Below the pieces are notes generated by a model that made no database searches, was not told the DNA's origin, and saw only the letters and a program-made list of their open reading frames with translations. Shown piece by piece: positions 1-8,817 of a stretch of DNA of 63,430 nucleotides. A program made the position numbers and the translations under genes. Every line of letters starts with the position of its first letter. The first letter of the stretch is position 1. Source of the DNA: a virus (Duplodnaviria; Caudoviricetes); IMG/VR virus record IMGVR_UViG_3300043747_000006, positions 1 through 63,430 of that record; one strand, written 5' to 3'.

Positions 1-488
1 AAATCCTCCATCACTCCGTCGAAAATGTAATCAGCGTCAGGATTTGCGGAAACTGTATCCGGTATGACAAAATCAAAACCTCCGGACCGATCGTCGCTAC
101 CAAATTTGACGTATCTTTGCGACTGGACACTGTAAGAGAATCCAGCTCTATGGCGTGTTAACTGAGCAAGTAACGCTCGGCTTACGCCCTCAATCGCAAA
201 GGTGAACGACAGGTGCTCGAGAGTTGACGTGTGGCCACTTCGGACAATCATACGGAACAATCGGTCGGCTTCCGAACCTTCCTTGCCATCGGTCGATTTG
301 CTACCGAAATACTTGGCGCCTTCTTTTGCGACAATTTCGCTCGGTTTTCCAGGGCTGTAGCAAGTACGTATTGCGGTTAGGGCGACCGCTTGGCCGTCGA
401 AAACCGTATCGCTTAAATAAAACGTATTTAATGCTTTTTGTGCGAAATCATTTGTTAACTGCGAATGTGCGATTAATTTAACGTACAT
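1..488 (-). CDS. thyX: FAD-dependent thymidylate synthase, 3' truncated by the window edge
   Basis: Hand translation from ATG at 488: MYVKLIAHSQ...GHTSTLEHLSFTFAIEGVSRALLAQLTRHRAGFSYSVQSQRYV, containing the ThyX RHRx7S motif; TAATG overlap with dut. Confidence 0.95.
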   Translation of the reverse strand, partial: MYVKLIAHSQLTNDFAQKALNTFYLSDTVFDGQAVALTAIRTCYSPGKPSEIVAKEGAKYFGSKSTDGKEGSEADRLFRMIVRSGHTSTLEHLSFTFAIEGVSRALLAQLTRHRAGFSYSVQSQRYVKFGSDDRSGGFDFVIPDTVSANPDADYIFDGVMED

Positions 489-1018
489 TATTCCGCCTCC
501 TTTACGCCCGTTGAACCAAATCCACCGGCCCCGCGCATTGTTTTCTCTAACTTATCCGCATCAATAAAGTTACATGTTTCAACCGGAGCGAATACCGCTT
601 GGGCAATGCGATCACCTTTGCGAATGATATACGTATTCGTGCGATATAGGCCGTCTGTCAACGCAGCGCCTCCGTCCATAGTTACGAATGATTCCCGAAG
701 CATTTCGTCCCCGAACTGGCTACGATATTCTGCAATATTATCGACAATCACCTTAACTTCGCCACGATAACCGCTATCAATCGTCCCAAGCTGCACGCGT
801 AACTTCGTCTTTAACGTAACTCCCGAGCGCGGCCTAATCTGCATTTCGTAGCCTGGCGGTATTTCAAACGACAATCCCGTCGATACTAGTACAGTGGCGC
901 CGGGCTCGACGATGACATCCTCCACAGCGACGAGATCAACTCCTGAATCGTGCTCATGTGCGTATTTAGGTATTACGGCGCCCTCATCTAATCGCTTAAT
1001 TTTCACATTTAGTTTCAT
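488..1018 (-). CDS. dut: Trimeric dUTPase
   Basis: Motifs SGVDL, RPRSG, GTIDSGYRGE, RIAQ, RGAGGFGSTG. Confidence 0.97.
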   Translation of the reverse strand: MKLNVKIKRLDEGAVIPKYAHEHDSGVDLVAVEDVIVEPGATVLVSTGLSFEIPPGYEMQIRPRSGVTLKTKLRVQLGTIDSGYRGEVKVIVDNIAEYRSQFGDEMLRESFVTMDGGAALTDGLYRTNTYIIRKGDRIAQAVFAPVETCNFIDADKLEKTMRGAGGFGSTGVKEAE

Positions 1019-1034
1019 ATATTAAACACCCTCC

Positions 1035-1628
1035 CTAATCAACGTGTTTCCAAAAAACTCGGTTTTTAATGTCATACACCATCACGTCCGATATCCCGTA
1101 TTGTTTTGCGATTTCTTTTACCGGTCTATCGTCGTTTCTAATATCTTTTACATCCCGCTCGGTTATTTTTGCCCTGCCATTTCGGGAACCTTTTGCTTGC
1201 CTGCCTTTACTGATCTTATCTAAGTTATTGTCGTAATGAGTTCCTACTGAAAGATGTTCGGGATTAAAGCATGCAGGATTGTCACATGAATGCAGTATGA
1301 TTAATCCGTCAGGGATTTTACCAACCTCTTTTTCGTATACGGCGCGATGAAGATAAACACTTTTCTTTTTCCTCATTAAACGGATATACCCGTATCGATC
1401 CTTTTTATGACTTACACATTCCCAGCAACCATTCTCGGTAATCACGTATTTTATAGGAGTAAACTGACTTGCATACTTGTTAATTTCGCCATCGAGGTCG
1501 TATATAATCTCACTCAACGATTCGTCATCCTCCTCAATTTGTCGCTTGTTCAGTTCCGCAATCGTGCATAATATCGAAAACTTGTCGCACATCAGGCGGC
1601 GTAGTGTGAATATCATGCGATAGCTCAA
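1035..1628 (-). CDS. HNH homing endonuclease (HNH_3-like) with C-terminal HTH
   Basis: GCW...YG...LHR...HSCDNPACFNPEHL...N motif; true start may lie downstream of 1628. Confidence 0.88.
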   Translation of the reverse strand: MSYRMIFTLRRLMCDKFSILCTIAELNKRQIEEDDESLSEIIYDLDGEINKYASQFTPIKYVITENGCWECVSHKKDRYGYIRLMRKKKSVYLHRAVYEKEVGKIPDGLIILHSCDNPACFNPEHLSVGTHYDNNLDKISKGRQAKGSRNGRAKITERDVKDIRNDDRPVKEIAKQYGISDVMVYDIKNRVFWKHVD

Positions 1629-1834
1629 TTATCCGCCTCTAACTTTTCGAGTAACTCCTCTGCGAATAACATCGAGAAATCGTCCGGATGCATGCGGTTG
1701 TTATCCGCCCATTGGTAGATTAATTCCGCAATATAAACGCCTTTAATCGAATTAAGTTGACTCGCCCACTTTTTAACGGCTTCCGGACCTTTTTCTTCCA
1801 TATTGCGTCTCAACCGTTCGTTAAAATTCATCAT
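1625..1834 (-). CDS. Hypothetical protein
   Basis: 69-aa ORF overlapping its neighbours in the operon, GGAGG RBS. Confidence 0.7.
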   Translation of the reverse strand: MMNFNERLRRNMEEKGPEAVKKWASQLNSIKGVYIAELIYQWADNNRMHPDDFSMLFAEELLEKLEADN

Positions 1835-2439
1835 TTCGCCTCCACAAATTCGATATTCTTCACACCATCAACCTGCCCGACCAACGCCTCAATCGTCCGC
1901 TCCACCGATGCCTCCGCCTTGTCAAACGCTTGCCTATTGCGCTTGATGTCCTCGATCGCCCCCGTGCGAGTTTTGCCGAACATCGCCTGGAGTTGCGCTT
2001 CATCGAGGTCTTTGCGGAACATGCCGACGTCTTTGCTGACGCGGGCTTTATCAAACGGAATGTCGACGCTGATAATCTTAGGCTGCGGAAACTTTACCTT
2101 GACGGTGTTGCCTTGCGTTGTGATGCGAATATCGGACGTTGATACGCCGAGCTTAAACGTGCCGGTTGCCGCCAGCTTATACGTTTTGTCTCCCCACCAT
2201 TGATCGTCGTGATATTCGGTCGTCTTCGCAACTTTTCCGGTCAGGCCGACGATTTCAGCCTTGGTGGATAGCGCGTTGATGACCGCTTGCTTGTCGACGT
2301 AATGGGCTGCGGTTTTTTCGACGGGCACCACTTCCGTTTTTGACGGATCGAAGACGGTGTTGACGTAGAGGCCGCCGGCTACTGCGAGCGAGGCGACCAT
2401 TAGCGTACCTTTTGCCGCTTTTTTAATCATGCGTATCAT
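1831..2439 (-). CDS. DUF4230-like membrane-anchored protein
   Basis: N-terminal TM helix; ATGTFKLGV...VKVKFPQPKIISV pattern. Confidence 0.65.
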   Translation of the reverse strand: MIRMIKKAAKGTLMVASLAVAGGLYVNTVFDPSKTEVVPVEKTAAHYVDKQAVINALSTKAEIVGLTGKVAKTTEYHDDQWWGDKTYKLAATGTFKLGVSTSDIRITTQGNTVKVKFPQPKIISVDIPFDKARVSKDVGMFRKDLDEAQLQAMFGKTRTGAIEDIKRNRQAFDKAEASVERTIEALVGQVDGVKNIEFVEAK

Positions 2440-2624
2440 TCCTTTCGTGATGCACTTCGGTTGGCCGAGAAGCCGTTCGGTAGTCCGTGGGCGCTGAAGC
2501 GATAACTCGGTTGCTTGACGGTTGGGGTTCCGCAGGTGGCGCAGTTGGTTGACGTTGTGCCCATCGCTACTAGTTCGTCACGTTTCGTTTTGCATTGCGG
2601 ACACTCAAATGTATAAAATGGCAT
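2436..2624 (-). CDS. FmdB-family zinc-ribbon protein
   Basis: MPFYTFECPQC...CATCG. Confidence 0.8.
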   Translation of the reverse strand: MPFYTFECPQCKTKRDELVAMGTTSTNCATCGTPTVKQPSYRFSAHGLPNGFSANRSASRKE

Positions 2625-2665
2625 CAGTGGCCTCCTTTTTGTCGGCTAATCCTCGTAGTACGACG

Positions 2666-2833
2666 TTAATCTTCTGTGTCTTTTTCGAGTTCTTTTAGAA
2701 TTTCATTGGGGTCTAAATCTAAAATTTTTATTGTTTCTTCAAGCGAAAACCACTCTTTATCAGGGTTTAAACAACAATCCATAGCATTGCTTATATCTTC
2801 GTATGTCTTATTGCAGACAGAGCAAAAATACAA
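2666..2833 (-). CDS. Small Cys-containing hypothetical protein (55 aa)
   Basis: AAGGAG RBS plus TTG; MYFCSVCNKTYEDISNAMDCCLNPDKEWFSLEE...; below the ORF-track cutoff. Confidence 0.55.
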   Translation of the reverse strand: MYFCSVCNKTYEDISNAMDCCLNPDKEWFSLEETIKILDLDPNEILKELEKDTED

Positions 2834-2865
2834 ATCACTCACTCCTTCTATGTCGCTTTATTTAT

Positions 2866-3570
2866 CTATTGCGCTTCAAGTTCTTCGACTGTCTTACGTA
2901 CTTCGTCGGCATGATTACTGAACCATCCGCGGTAATTCGTAACGAGCTTATGGAAGGTAACACGCTGCCCTTCGAAGTGTTTCATATAAACTTCTAGCGG
3001 TGTAAGCCCGCCATAACGTTTCAATCTCGGATCGTCGATTTGCAACAAGGAGCCTGTCGTTACCACTTTGCACGAATCGGTTACGCGTGTATAAATCGTC
3101 TGTAATTCGCCTAGACTAATCGACTGAGCTTCGTCTAAAATAATGTAGGCATTTTCGTAAGTGACTCCGCGTTCAAACGTCGGCGTTATGGCGAATGCTT
3201 TATCGAGCCCTGCCCATAGTTCGAAGGTTCCTGGCTTTACGTAGTCAAGCGCCTTTACAAAAGGCTGCATGAACGGAGCTGTTTTATCTTTGTCATCGCC
3301 CGGCAAGAATCCGATATCTTTTCCGACAACTTGCGGGTTTCTAATGTAAATGATTTTATCGTATTCTTCGTTTTCAACTGCGTAGGCTCCGGCAAGGACC
3401 GCTAGGACCGTTTTGCCCGTGCCCGCTGGACTTTCGCAAAATACTCCTTGCACTAGGTCTGTCGGCATCCAAAGCGACTGCATATATGCGTATTGATGGC
3501 GGTCAGCTAGAACGTTGAAGCCGCGCTCCTCTAACCATTTCCAGCGAATGTCTCCGTATTTGTTCGTCAA
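2866..3570 (-). CDS. phoH: PhoH-family ATPase
   Basis: PAGTGKT Walker A, IGFLPGD, RGVTY, IILDEAQ, GSLLQID. Confidence 0.92.
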   Translation of the reverse strand: MTNKYGDIRWKWLEERGFNVLADRHQYAYMQSLWMPTDLVQGVFCESPAGTGKTVLAVLAGAYAVENEEYDKIIYIRNPQVVGKDIGFLPGDDKDKTAPFMQPFVKALDYVKPGTFELWAGLDKAFAITPTFERGVTYENAYIILDEAQSISLGELQTIYTRVTDSCKVVTTGSLLQIDDPRLKRYGGLTPLEVYMKHFEGQRVTFHKLVTNYRGWFSNHADEVRKTVEELEAQ

Positions 3571-3735
3571 TTACTTCGCCTTCCTTTCGCTAATCGCAAA
3601 ATTGTGGAATATTAGTGCGTTAATTAAGAACGAAACACCGACGGTAAAGTCTGCCGGCTTAAGGCCGAGGATTAATGCTAGTAGGTTTCCGATACTGATT
3701 GCGCAACATGCCGCAAATAAATATTTCAAACGCAA
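3571..3735 (-). CDS. Small membrane protein (54 aa)
   Basis: GGAGG RBS plus TTG; MRLKYLFAACCAISIGNLLALILG..., two hydrophobic segments. Confidence 0.55.
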   Translation of the reverse strand: MRLKYLFAACCAISIGNLLALILGLKPADFTVGVSFLINALIFHNFAISERKAK

Positions 3736-3777
3736 GCACCTCCGTTTTATTGGGCGGGCGCCTTTCGACGCCCCTTA

Positions 3778-3813
3778 CACCTTATTAAACGCGCGAGTCT
3801 TGAGTTTCGCGCA
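3778..3813 (-). promoter_or_regulatory. Phage promoter-like motif, copy 1 (degenerate): TGCGCGA-N19-TAATAAGGTG
   Basis: Intergenic; same heptamer and 19-nt spacing as copies at 14383, 25802 and 26071. Confidence 0.55.
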
Positions 3814-3829
3814 GTTGTTGCGAATTATT

Positions 3830-6169
3830 TTATCTGATCGGGCAAACTCCGCCTTCGCAGCCGTCCATACCTTCTAAATCGGAGTCATCTCCGGTTTCGA
3901 ACTTCTGAAGGATGGCAGGATCAAACTCCGTTAACTTAGCCGCCAATTCCTCGTACTGCTCCTTCGTAATTGCTTCGTATGGTGCGAGCTGGTAAGATCC
4001 GCCATCATATGCGAGGAAACTTACCGCAGTAAATTCGTCCCAGCCGTCCCAAACGATTTGCTCAGCTTCCACCCACTCTTCCGGTCTAACGTGAATTGTA
4101 TTAGACGAATTGTGCTCGGTATATTCGCGCTGGAATCGGAAGTACGTATCGAATTGCTCAGGCGCGGTTACATCGTCTTTCGTGCGACTTGCTCCGCTTG
4201 CGACCGGGAAGTCGATAACGAGCGTTCTGGCCGCCGCAATTAACTCAGGATCGCGCAGTTTTGATGCATCGTTGACTCCGTTTGTGCCTACCTCGGCACT
4301 TACCGGCCACCCGATTGATTGGACCGCTTTGGCCAACGGATCGGCTGCATTGATACGGATACGGCGAATATAGTACGGAGAATGCGACCAGTGAAGTCCG
4401 CTTGATACTCCGCCGGCTACTTGCGAAATAGTGCCTTCCGGTTTAACCGTTGTGACTAGTAACGGACTGCTGACACGCATTTCTTTCGCGTATTCGTCCG
4501 CTTCATCCCGCGCAATCTGACCGAGCATTCCGAGCAAAGTCGCTTCCTCTTCTTCGGTGTAATTCAGCATGGCGAGCGCATCCTTAACGCCCGTTAGCGA
4601 TGTTCCGAGCAGTCTGTCGCGTTGCTGAACGGCATCCCAATGCGGAATCTCTAATTGCGCAAGGGTCATGCGAAGGCCGGCGCGAGCTGATCGTTTTTGT
4701 GCGTCAAGAACGCCAGGAATGTCGAGTTTTCCGTCCTTTACGAATTCAACCATATTAACCGTCGTTAAGTTACATACGCCATAAGAATCGAGCAAAATTT
4801 CGGCACATGGATTAAGTCCTTCTGCGTTTGGTCGGCGTCTTCTCGCTTCTTCGAGGTTAATGAAGCCCGGCTCCCCTTCCGCCTGCATCATCGTAAATAC
4901 TAAGTTTAATAGTTCGCGAGACGGCTGCTTTGTGAACGCGACAGAGTTGTTCGACATTCTGCGGTGATGTAACGGACGACCAAAGTTGAACGGAGATAAT
5001 GAACCGTCTTCCTCGCGATTTGGTTCTCCGGTTAAATAATCTTTGTTAATTTCCGGATCGTAACTTTTAACGTTTAGGTCGTCAAACCATGCGGGCACAT
5101 CGATTCCCTGCTCAATTAGAAGCTCGCGAATCTTTTCGTGTTGCTTAAATGCTTTTTCGTTCCAGAATCCGTTGATTCCGTACTTCGCGAAAATAGATTC
5201 ATGATCGTCCGCATCCATAAGGAAGATTTCCGCAGTCCTTCTTACTCCACCGACCACAACATTGTTTCCGATAAGATTTCCGATATCAAGAACGTGAATT
5301 GGCCGGACTTTTTTATACCCGTTCTCCGCGTCCTCTAAAGGAGCGAGTGATTGGTCAATTTTATTACTTAATACTTGTGCGATACCTTCGAACATTTCCT
5401 TCAACGGCTCATATCCACTGGCTGTTCCGCCAAATGTGTTTAATCGAGCGCCTTTCGGACGAACATAGTCGTAATAAATTCCTATGCTTTGGACATGGTT
5501 GTACTGAGGATCCGTTAATAATCGGAAGAAAGTTCGCAAGGATTCGACCCATCCTTCTTTACTATCTCCGACATGAATAACCGCCTTCATCTTTTCTTCA
5601 AGGATAAATAACTGCGTATCCGCCTGTTTAACTAGTGGATATCTTTGCGTATACGGCTCGTGTATAACCTCTACATCCGTTCTGATAGGAGGTAAACCTG
5701 ATGCAAATTCCTTCGTTGCTTTAAATCCAACGCCTGTGCCGACGAGCAATAAATAGAATAAGTCGCCTAAATCGTCCCAGCTCCGAATGTTAATAAACGA
5801 GCAGTTAAAGTTAGCCAGCGGGTATTTGTCGGCCACTCCGTTCTCAGCACCACCTACCCAAAGCGTCCTGCCTGACAAGAACTGGCGCAAGTTAAACATG
5901 CTATCGAAGAAATCCTCGGCTTCCTTGCGAAACTTCTCGTAATCGACCGGATAACCGATCTTCTTCGTGTGCTTAACGCCTAGCCCTACGTTATATTCAA
6001 CCGCACGTCTAACCGTTTCGCGCCATGTTTCGCGGCGCCCTTTTTCCGGAATAAACCGTGAGTAAGTGCGGTAATATACAAACTGTCCTAATGCGTTCAT
6101 ATGCGAAGGGAAATCCGGATACTTCCCGATAAATTCGTTAGTTAATAATTGCGTTGTCTTAGTCATCAA
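3830..6169 (-). CDS. nrdJ: Class II (adenosylcobalamin-dependent) monomeric ribonucleotide reductase
   Basis: YYRTYSR, SGRTLW, NFNCSF, GGVRRTA, NPCAEI, TVKPEGT, C-terminal CEGGVCPIR. Confidence 0.95.
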   Translation of the reverse strand: MMTKTTQLLTNEFIGKYPDFPSHMNALGQFVYYRTYSRFIPEKGRRETWRETVRRAVEYNVGLGVKHTKKIGYPVDYEKFRKEAEDFFDSMFNLRQFLSGRTLWVGGAENGVADKYPLANFNCSFINIRSWDDLGDLFYLLLVGTGVGFKATKEFASGLPPIRTDVEVIHEPYTQRYPLVKQADTQLFILEEKMKAVIHVGDSKEGWVESLRTFFRLLTDPQYNHVQSIGIYYDYVRPKGARLNTFGGTASGYEPLKEMFEGIAQVLSNKIDQSLAPLEDAENGYKKVRPIHVLDIGNLIGNNVVVGGVRRTAEIFLMDADDHESIFAKYGINGFWNEKAFKQHEKIRELLIEQGIDVPAWFDDLNVKSYDPEINKDYLTGEPNREEDGSLSPFNFGRPLHHRRMSNNSVAFTKQPSRELLNLVFTMMQAEGEPGFINLEEARRRRPNAEGLNPCAEILLDSYGVCNLTTVNMVEFVKDGKLDIPGVLDAQKRSARAGLRMTLAQLEIPHWDAVQQRDRLLGTSLTGVKDALAMLNYTEEEEATLLGMLGQIARDEADEYAKEMRVSSPLLVTTVKPEGTISQVAGGVSSGLHWSHSPYYIRRIRINAADPLAKAVQSIGWPVSAEVGTNGVNDASKLRDPELIAAARTLVIDFPVASGASRTKDDVTAPEQFDTYFRFQREYTEHNSSNTIHVRPEEWVEAEQIVWDGWDEFTAVSFLAYDGGSYQLAPYEAITKEQYEELAAKLTEFDPAILQKFETGDDSDLEGMDGCEGGVCPIR

Positions 6170-6348
6170 ATCCGCTCCTTTAAATTCCGTAGTTCATTTT
6201 CAATTCCGATAATCCCATGCGACACCTGGCGATACTCTACCTTTTTCGCCTTGTAAGCGTTAGCCAGGCGCCTCAAGTCGTAATCAATCTCGCGACGCTG
6301 GCGTAAAAGATCATTGTGTAATTTTGCGAGTGTTTCTTCGGTGGTCAT
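6166..6348 (-). CDS. Small coiled-coil hypothetical protein
   Basis: 60-aa ORF coupled to neighbours. Confidence 0.6.
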   Translation of the reverse strand: MTTEETLAKLHNDLLRQRREIDYDLRRLANAYKAKKVEYRQVSHGIIGIENELRNLKERI

Positions 6349-6884
6349 TTCTTAATCAGTCCTTCGCGAATCAGATACGCTAAAGCTATAGCGGCCGCAT
6401 CACTTTCGTCCGGTGTTGCAAATTCGCCAGTGTATCCGGTAAACTTCCGAACCGCCTCCGCAATCTCTGGCTTTTCCGCTTTACCACTTCCGCAAACGAT
6501 CAACTTTACTTTTGACGGTGAAGGACCGAGCGACGTTTTATTTCGCCCGCCCTTTAACTCCTCCGTCCATTTATCGAACTTAAGCCCGAATTTATCCATT
6601 GCGCGTTCTATGCCGGACCATGCCGCGAAGACCGGATAATTTTGTGTACTTGACTGTCCGTTAAAATCTTCGCGGATACAAACGTCAAAGCCATTCTTAC
6701 CGACATGCTCAGCGATAAATAATGTCGCCCATGACTCCACGATATCGGCGCGTAATCCGTGAGATTGCGTTTTCGAGTCTGTTTTAACGTGCGATAGCGC
6801 AGTAATTCGTGGCTTGCCGTTTTTAACTTCAAGGACTGCCACGCCTGGCAAACTTAGCGAGGTGTCCCAACTAAGCACCCGCAT
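6345..6884 (-). CDS. RuvC-like Holliday junction resolvase
   Basis: VLSWDTSL.PG, IRED, SPSKVK...GSGKAEK, DESDA; start placed at MRVLSWD. Confidence 0.85.
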   Translation of the reverse strand: MRVLSWDTSLSLPGVAVLEVKNGKPRITALSHVKTDSKTQSHGLRADIVESWATLFIAEHVGKNGFDVCIREDFNGQSSTQNYPVFAAWSGIERAMDKFGLKFDKWTEELKGGRNKTSLGPSPSKVKLIVCGSGKAEKPEIAEAVRKFTGYTGEFATPDESDAAAIALAYLIREGLIKK

Positions 6885-7881
6885 TTTCACGTACCTCGCG
6901 AATAAACTCGAACGCCTCATAGAAGCCGTCTTTTTTCCACTGAGGAAGTCCCGACCGCTGCGCCCGCTTAACTTGTGCCTTCAATAATTCGAACTCGTCT
7001 TCGTTAAGACTTAACGCACAACTCCGTTTGAAGTTATTAAATCTGAACGTCTCAAGGTCGAGCGCTGGCGCCGTCCCTTCTGCAACGCATTTCGTCACAT
7101 ATGCAAACTTGTCGAGAATTTCCGTTTTCATCTCATCGGTTATTTCAACGCCAAACACTCGAAAGTCAGGCGCCTTTTCGTGCTCGTCATCCGACATAAA
7201 CCACGCCTTAATCGAGCAGTTAATATAGACGACTAGGTATCCATCTAGTGGTCCGTACATCAAGTCGTAACAAGTAACCTGTTTGACGTGATCCTCTTTC
7301 GGACCTTTCATGCGTTGGAATCCCGTTTCGCTATACGAAGTTTGCTTCGATTTTATCTCGAGTCCGATGCGTTTGATTTCGCCAGTTTCCTCGTCGACAT
7401 ATTCAAGTACGCCGTCATTTGTTCCGAAGAGACTGAATCGCTGTCCGTTATGCTCGACAAACTTTTGCGTCTTGACGAAATCTTCGAAGAACGGATTACC
7501 ATCGTCTGTCCTAGCGATTGTAAACGGAACCCTATTGCCGGTAAACTTTTCGTAGTGGCGTTCCGCAAGTAATAACTCGCGCTGCAACCAATCGCCGACA
7601 CTCGTTCCCCGCGCCGTATATCTGCGTTGCCACGGCTTAACGACGTCCTTATCGCGAGGCATTTTTAGTGCTTTGACGTATAACTCACGGTCAGACGATC
7701 CAGCAGAGCTTGGCGAAAAGTATGGCGCTGTCTTGAAATCAGTCGGTTTATATTTCCGCATTTCTTTCGCATACGCTTCGTGAAGCCAAATATCGAGCTT
7801 CGTATCAAATGGCTCTCTAAACGAGTGCCACGTATTTAAAAAGTCGGTAAATTTTTGCGCGATTTCATTTATATTAGTCAA
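6871..7881 (-). CDS. PD-(D/E)XK (Cas4/RecB-like) exonuclease
   Basis: FSPSSA, GTNDG, LEIKSK, QVTCY motifs. Confidence 0.8.
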   Translation of the reverse strand: MTNINEIAQKFTDFLNTWHSFREPFDTKLDIWLHEAYAKEMRKYKPTDFKTAPYFSPSSAGSSDRELYVKALKMPRDKDVVKPWQRRYTARGTSVGDWLQRELLLAERHYEKFTGNRVPFTIARTDDGNPFFEDFVKTQKFVEHNGQRFSLFGTNDGVLEYVDEETGEIKRIGLEIKSKQTSYSETGFQRMKGPKEDHVKQVTCYDLMYGPLDGYLVVYINCSIKAWFMSDDEHEKAPDFRVFGVEITDEMKTEILDKFAYVTKCVAEGTAPALDLETFRFNNFKRSCALSLNEDEFELLKAQVKRAQRSGLPQWKKDGFYEAFEFIREVRENAGA

Positions 7882-8082
7882 TTATTCGTCCTCCCCGTTT
7901 TGTGTTCCGTTAATTACATAAACCTCCGGACTTTCCGGCGATAAGAACGTCTTCGCCAAGAAAGCAAATAACGTTATGGTCGCCGCCTGTATCAGCGTAA
8001 TGTGAACGGATGGCCAGGCTAACGGCACTACGAAATAGACCGTCGCCATGATTACCGCGTACGTTAGGATCTTCGCGATCAT
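7882..8082 (-). CDS. Small membrane protein
   Basis: MIAKILTYAVIM..., two TM segments; start shortened from the track ORF. Confidence 0.55.
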   Translation of the reverse strand: MIAKILTYAVIMATVYFVVPLAWPSVHITLIQAATITLFAFLAKTFLSPESPEVYVINGTQNGEDE

Positions 8083-8246
8083 TTCCACACCCCGTCGATT
8101 AGATTGCTGACATAAACGCTTAGCAAAAATAATATAGCGGTATATTCGAATGAGGTGTCCGCTACTATCGAAAGTATTGTAATAATCACGATAGCTATCG
8201 TCAGCAATACCACGCCGATAAGTATCTCCGTCAGTGCTCGCTTCAT
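8079..8246 (-). CDS. Small membrane protein (55 aa)
   Basis: MKRALTEILIGVVLLTIAIVIITILSIV...; TGATG/ATGA coupling to both neighbours. Confidence 0.55.
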   Translation of the reverse strand: MKRALTEILIGVVLLTIAIVIITILSIVADTSFEYTAILFLLSVYVSNLIDGVWK

Positions 8247-8521
8247 CAGCGCACCACCTTCGCGTGCTCAATTGCGTCAAGGATTTCCTCGGTTCCAACA
8301 AGTCCGACTAGGCGTCCGACTTCTACTCCGTTGCGTTCAAAGACAAGGACTGGCACCGATGATAGTCCGTATTGGTCGATGACTTCCGGATGCTCGCTGA
8401 TGTCGATACTTTCAAGCGTTGCTCCTGCGGTGAATAAGTCGATGTCGCCTAGGTAATTCGCTAAAGCTGCGCATGGACGGCATCCCGGTTTACTAAATTT
8501 CTTGATCGTAATAATCGCCAT
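8246..8521 (-). CDS. Thioredoxin/glutaredoxin-like protein
   Basis: CRPC active site, SVPVLVF; lies near the RNR gene. Confidence 0.9.
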   Translation of the reverse strand: MAIITIKKFSKPGCRPCAALANYLGDIDLFTAGATLESIDISEHPEVIDQYGLSSVPVLVFERNGVEVGRLVGLVGTEEILDAIEHAKVVR

Positions 8522-8817
8522 TATTTCGCCACCCACTTTACAACTACGACTTCTTTCTTTTCTACTTCATCAAGATCACCGTCGTTAAAACTCTTCTCGA
8601 ACGAGTAATCCTCGTATCCATATCGGACCCAAAACAAGTCAATACTGAAATATCTTCCGTCTGAACTGCGCTGATAAATATGCGTAACATAACGGCCGTT
8701 GTCGTCCATGTTCTCCGGCAATTCGTCAACGTGAGTATATGTTTCTCCGTTTAATTCGAAATCAGCACCATCACGTATTTCGTCGCTTAATGTATCAAAA
8801 TCTACTCTTATTCCCAT
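8521..8817 (-). CDS. Acidic hypothetical protein
   Basis: ORF from MGIRVDF with GGGGG RBS. Confidence 0.65.
   Translation of the reverse strand: MGIRVDFDTLSDEIRDGADFELNGETYTHVDELPENMDDNGRYVTHIYQRSSDGRYFSIDLFWVRYGYEDYSFEKSFNDGDLDEVEKKEVVVVKWVAK

Noticed and set aside
4960-5190. Intein or intron in nrdJ (also looked for in polA, helicase and terL)
   Set aside because: ORFs are continuous, of normal size, and lack C...HN splice motifs
6871-7881. Cas4-like nuclease as evidence of CRISPR-Cas
   Set aside because: No repeat-spacer array or other cas genes seen; typical phage exonuclease context
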